This document shows positions 63,718-64,000 of a stretch of DNA of 64,000 nucleotides, in pieces (position 1 is the stretch's first letter; each line of letters opens with the position of its first letter). A model generated the notes under the pieces. It ran no database searches. It was not told where the DNA came from and worked only from the letters and a program-made list of their open reading frames with translations. Source of the DNA: Schmidtea polychroa (lineage: Eukaryota); NCBI GenBank assembly GCA_044892525.1, contig CM097887.1, positions 23,126,001 through 23,190,000 of the forward strand, given 5' to 3'. The translations under genes were made by a program, and so were the position numbers.

Positions 63718-64000
63718 TTACTCTTGATCTGTTGCATCGTCACTATCATCACTGTCCCCAGACACGGAATCATCCCCGGATACTTCATTATTGGCCTCTT
63801 CCAATTCTGCCAATCGTTTCTTCAAGTTTTGCTCATCGTGATCCGACACGACTTTCGGCTGGAAATATTATCAATAAACAACTTAAAATCAATTATTATT
63901 ATTATTATTATTATTATCACCGGTTCCAATAACTTAAATGAACCATTTTTCTGTTCAATTGCCTCTTTAATCACAGTAATTGCTTCATTGAGTGTCGACA
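63718..64000 (-). CDS. EIF2S1: eIF2-alpha, last two exons (63921->64000 and 63718-63858)
   Basis: LNEAITVIKEAIEQKNGSFKLLEP|PKVVSDHDEQNLKKRLAELEEANNEVSGDD..* aligns with the eIF2a C-terminus ([47 protein letters not shown]); 62-nt GT-AG intron. Confidence 0.92.

Overview
AT-rich eukaryotic genomic DNA. The 41-64 nt introns, giant Gypsy element and TE spectrum suggest a planarian flatworm such as Schmidtea, but this is inference only. There are two host genes, both on the minus strand: a p70 S6 kinase gene spread over about 27.1-56.9 kb, and the last two exons of eIF2-alpha at the right edge. The rest is mostly mobile DNA. Two elements stand out. (1) At 1-~10.3 kb is a very large minus-strand Ty3/Gypsy element. 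Its polyprotein has Gag with three CCHC knuckles, tandem ubiquitin-like domains, an in-frame loss of protease and the RT palm, intact RNase H and integrase, and an ankyrin motif fused after integrase. Upstream, probably inside a multi-kb LTR, are an IAP-type RING gene and a basic/acidic transactivator-like gene, each behind its own splice acceptor. (2) At 13.8-16.9 kb is the left arm of a Polinton/Maverick-like element with an AP-1/nuclear-receptor site array in its terminus and small genes, some intron-containing, most with TATA-like promoters. It includes a minimal two-repeat TATA-binding-protein homologue divergent from a truncated packaging ATPase. Other content: piggyBac, hAT, Tc1/mariner, pogo/Tigger (with nested MITE), Merlin, Ginger-like, Penelope-like and Gypsy relics, a Rab1-derived chimeric fragment, a ~236 bp palindrome and a 2.7 kb 21-bp minisatellite with 889-bp higher-order structure. 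All domain calls are by eye from manual translation; no searches were run.
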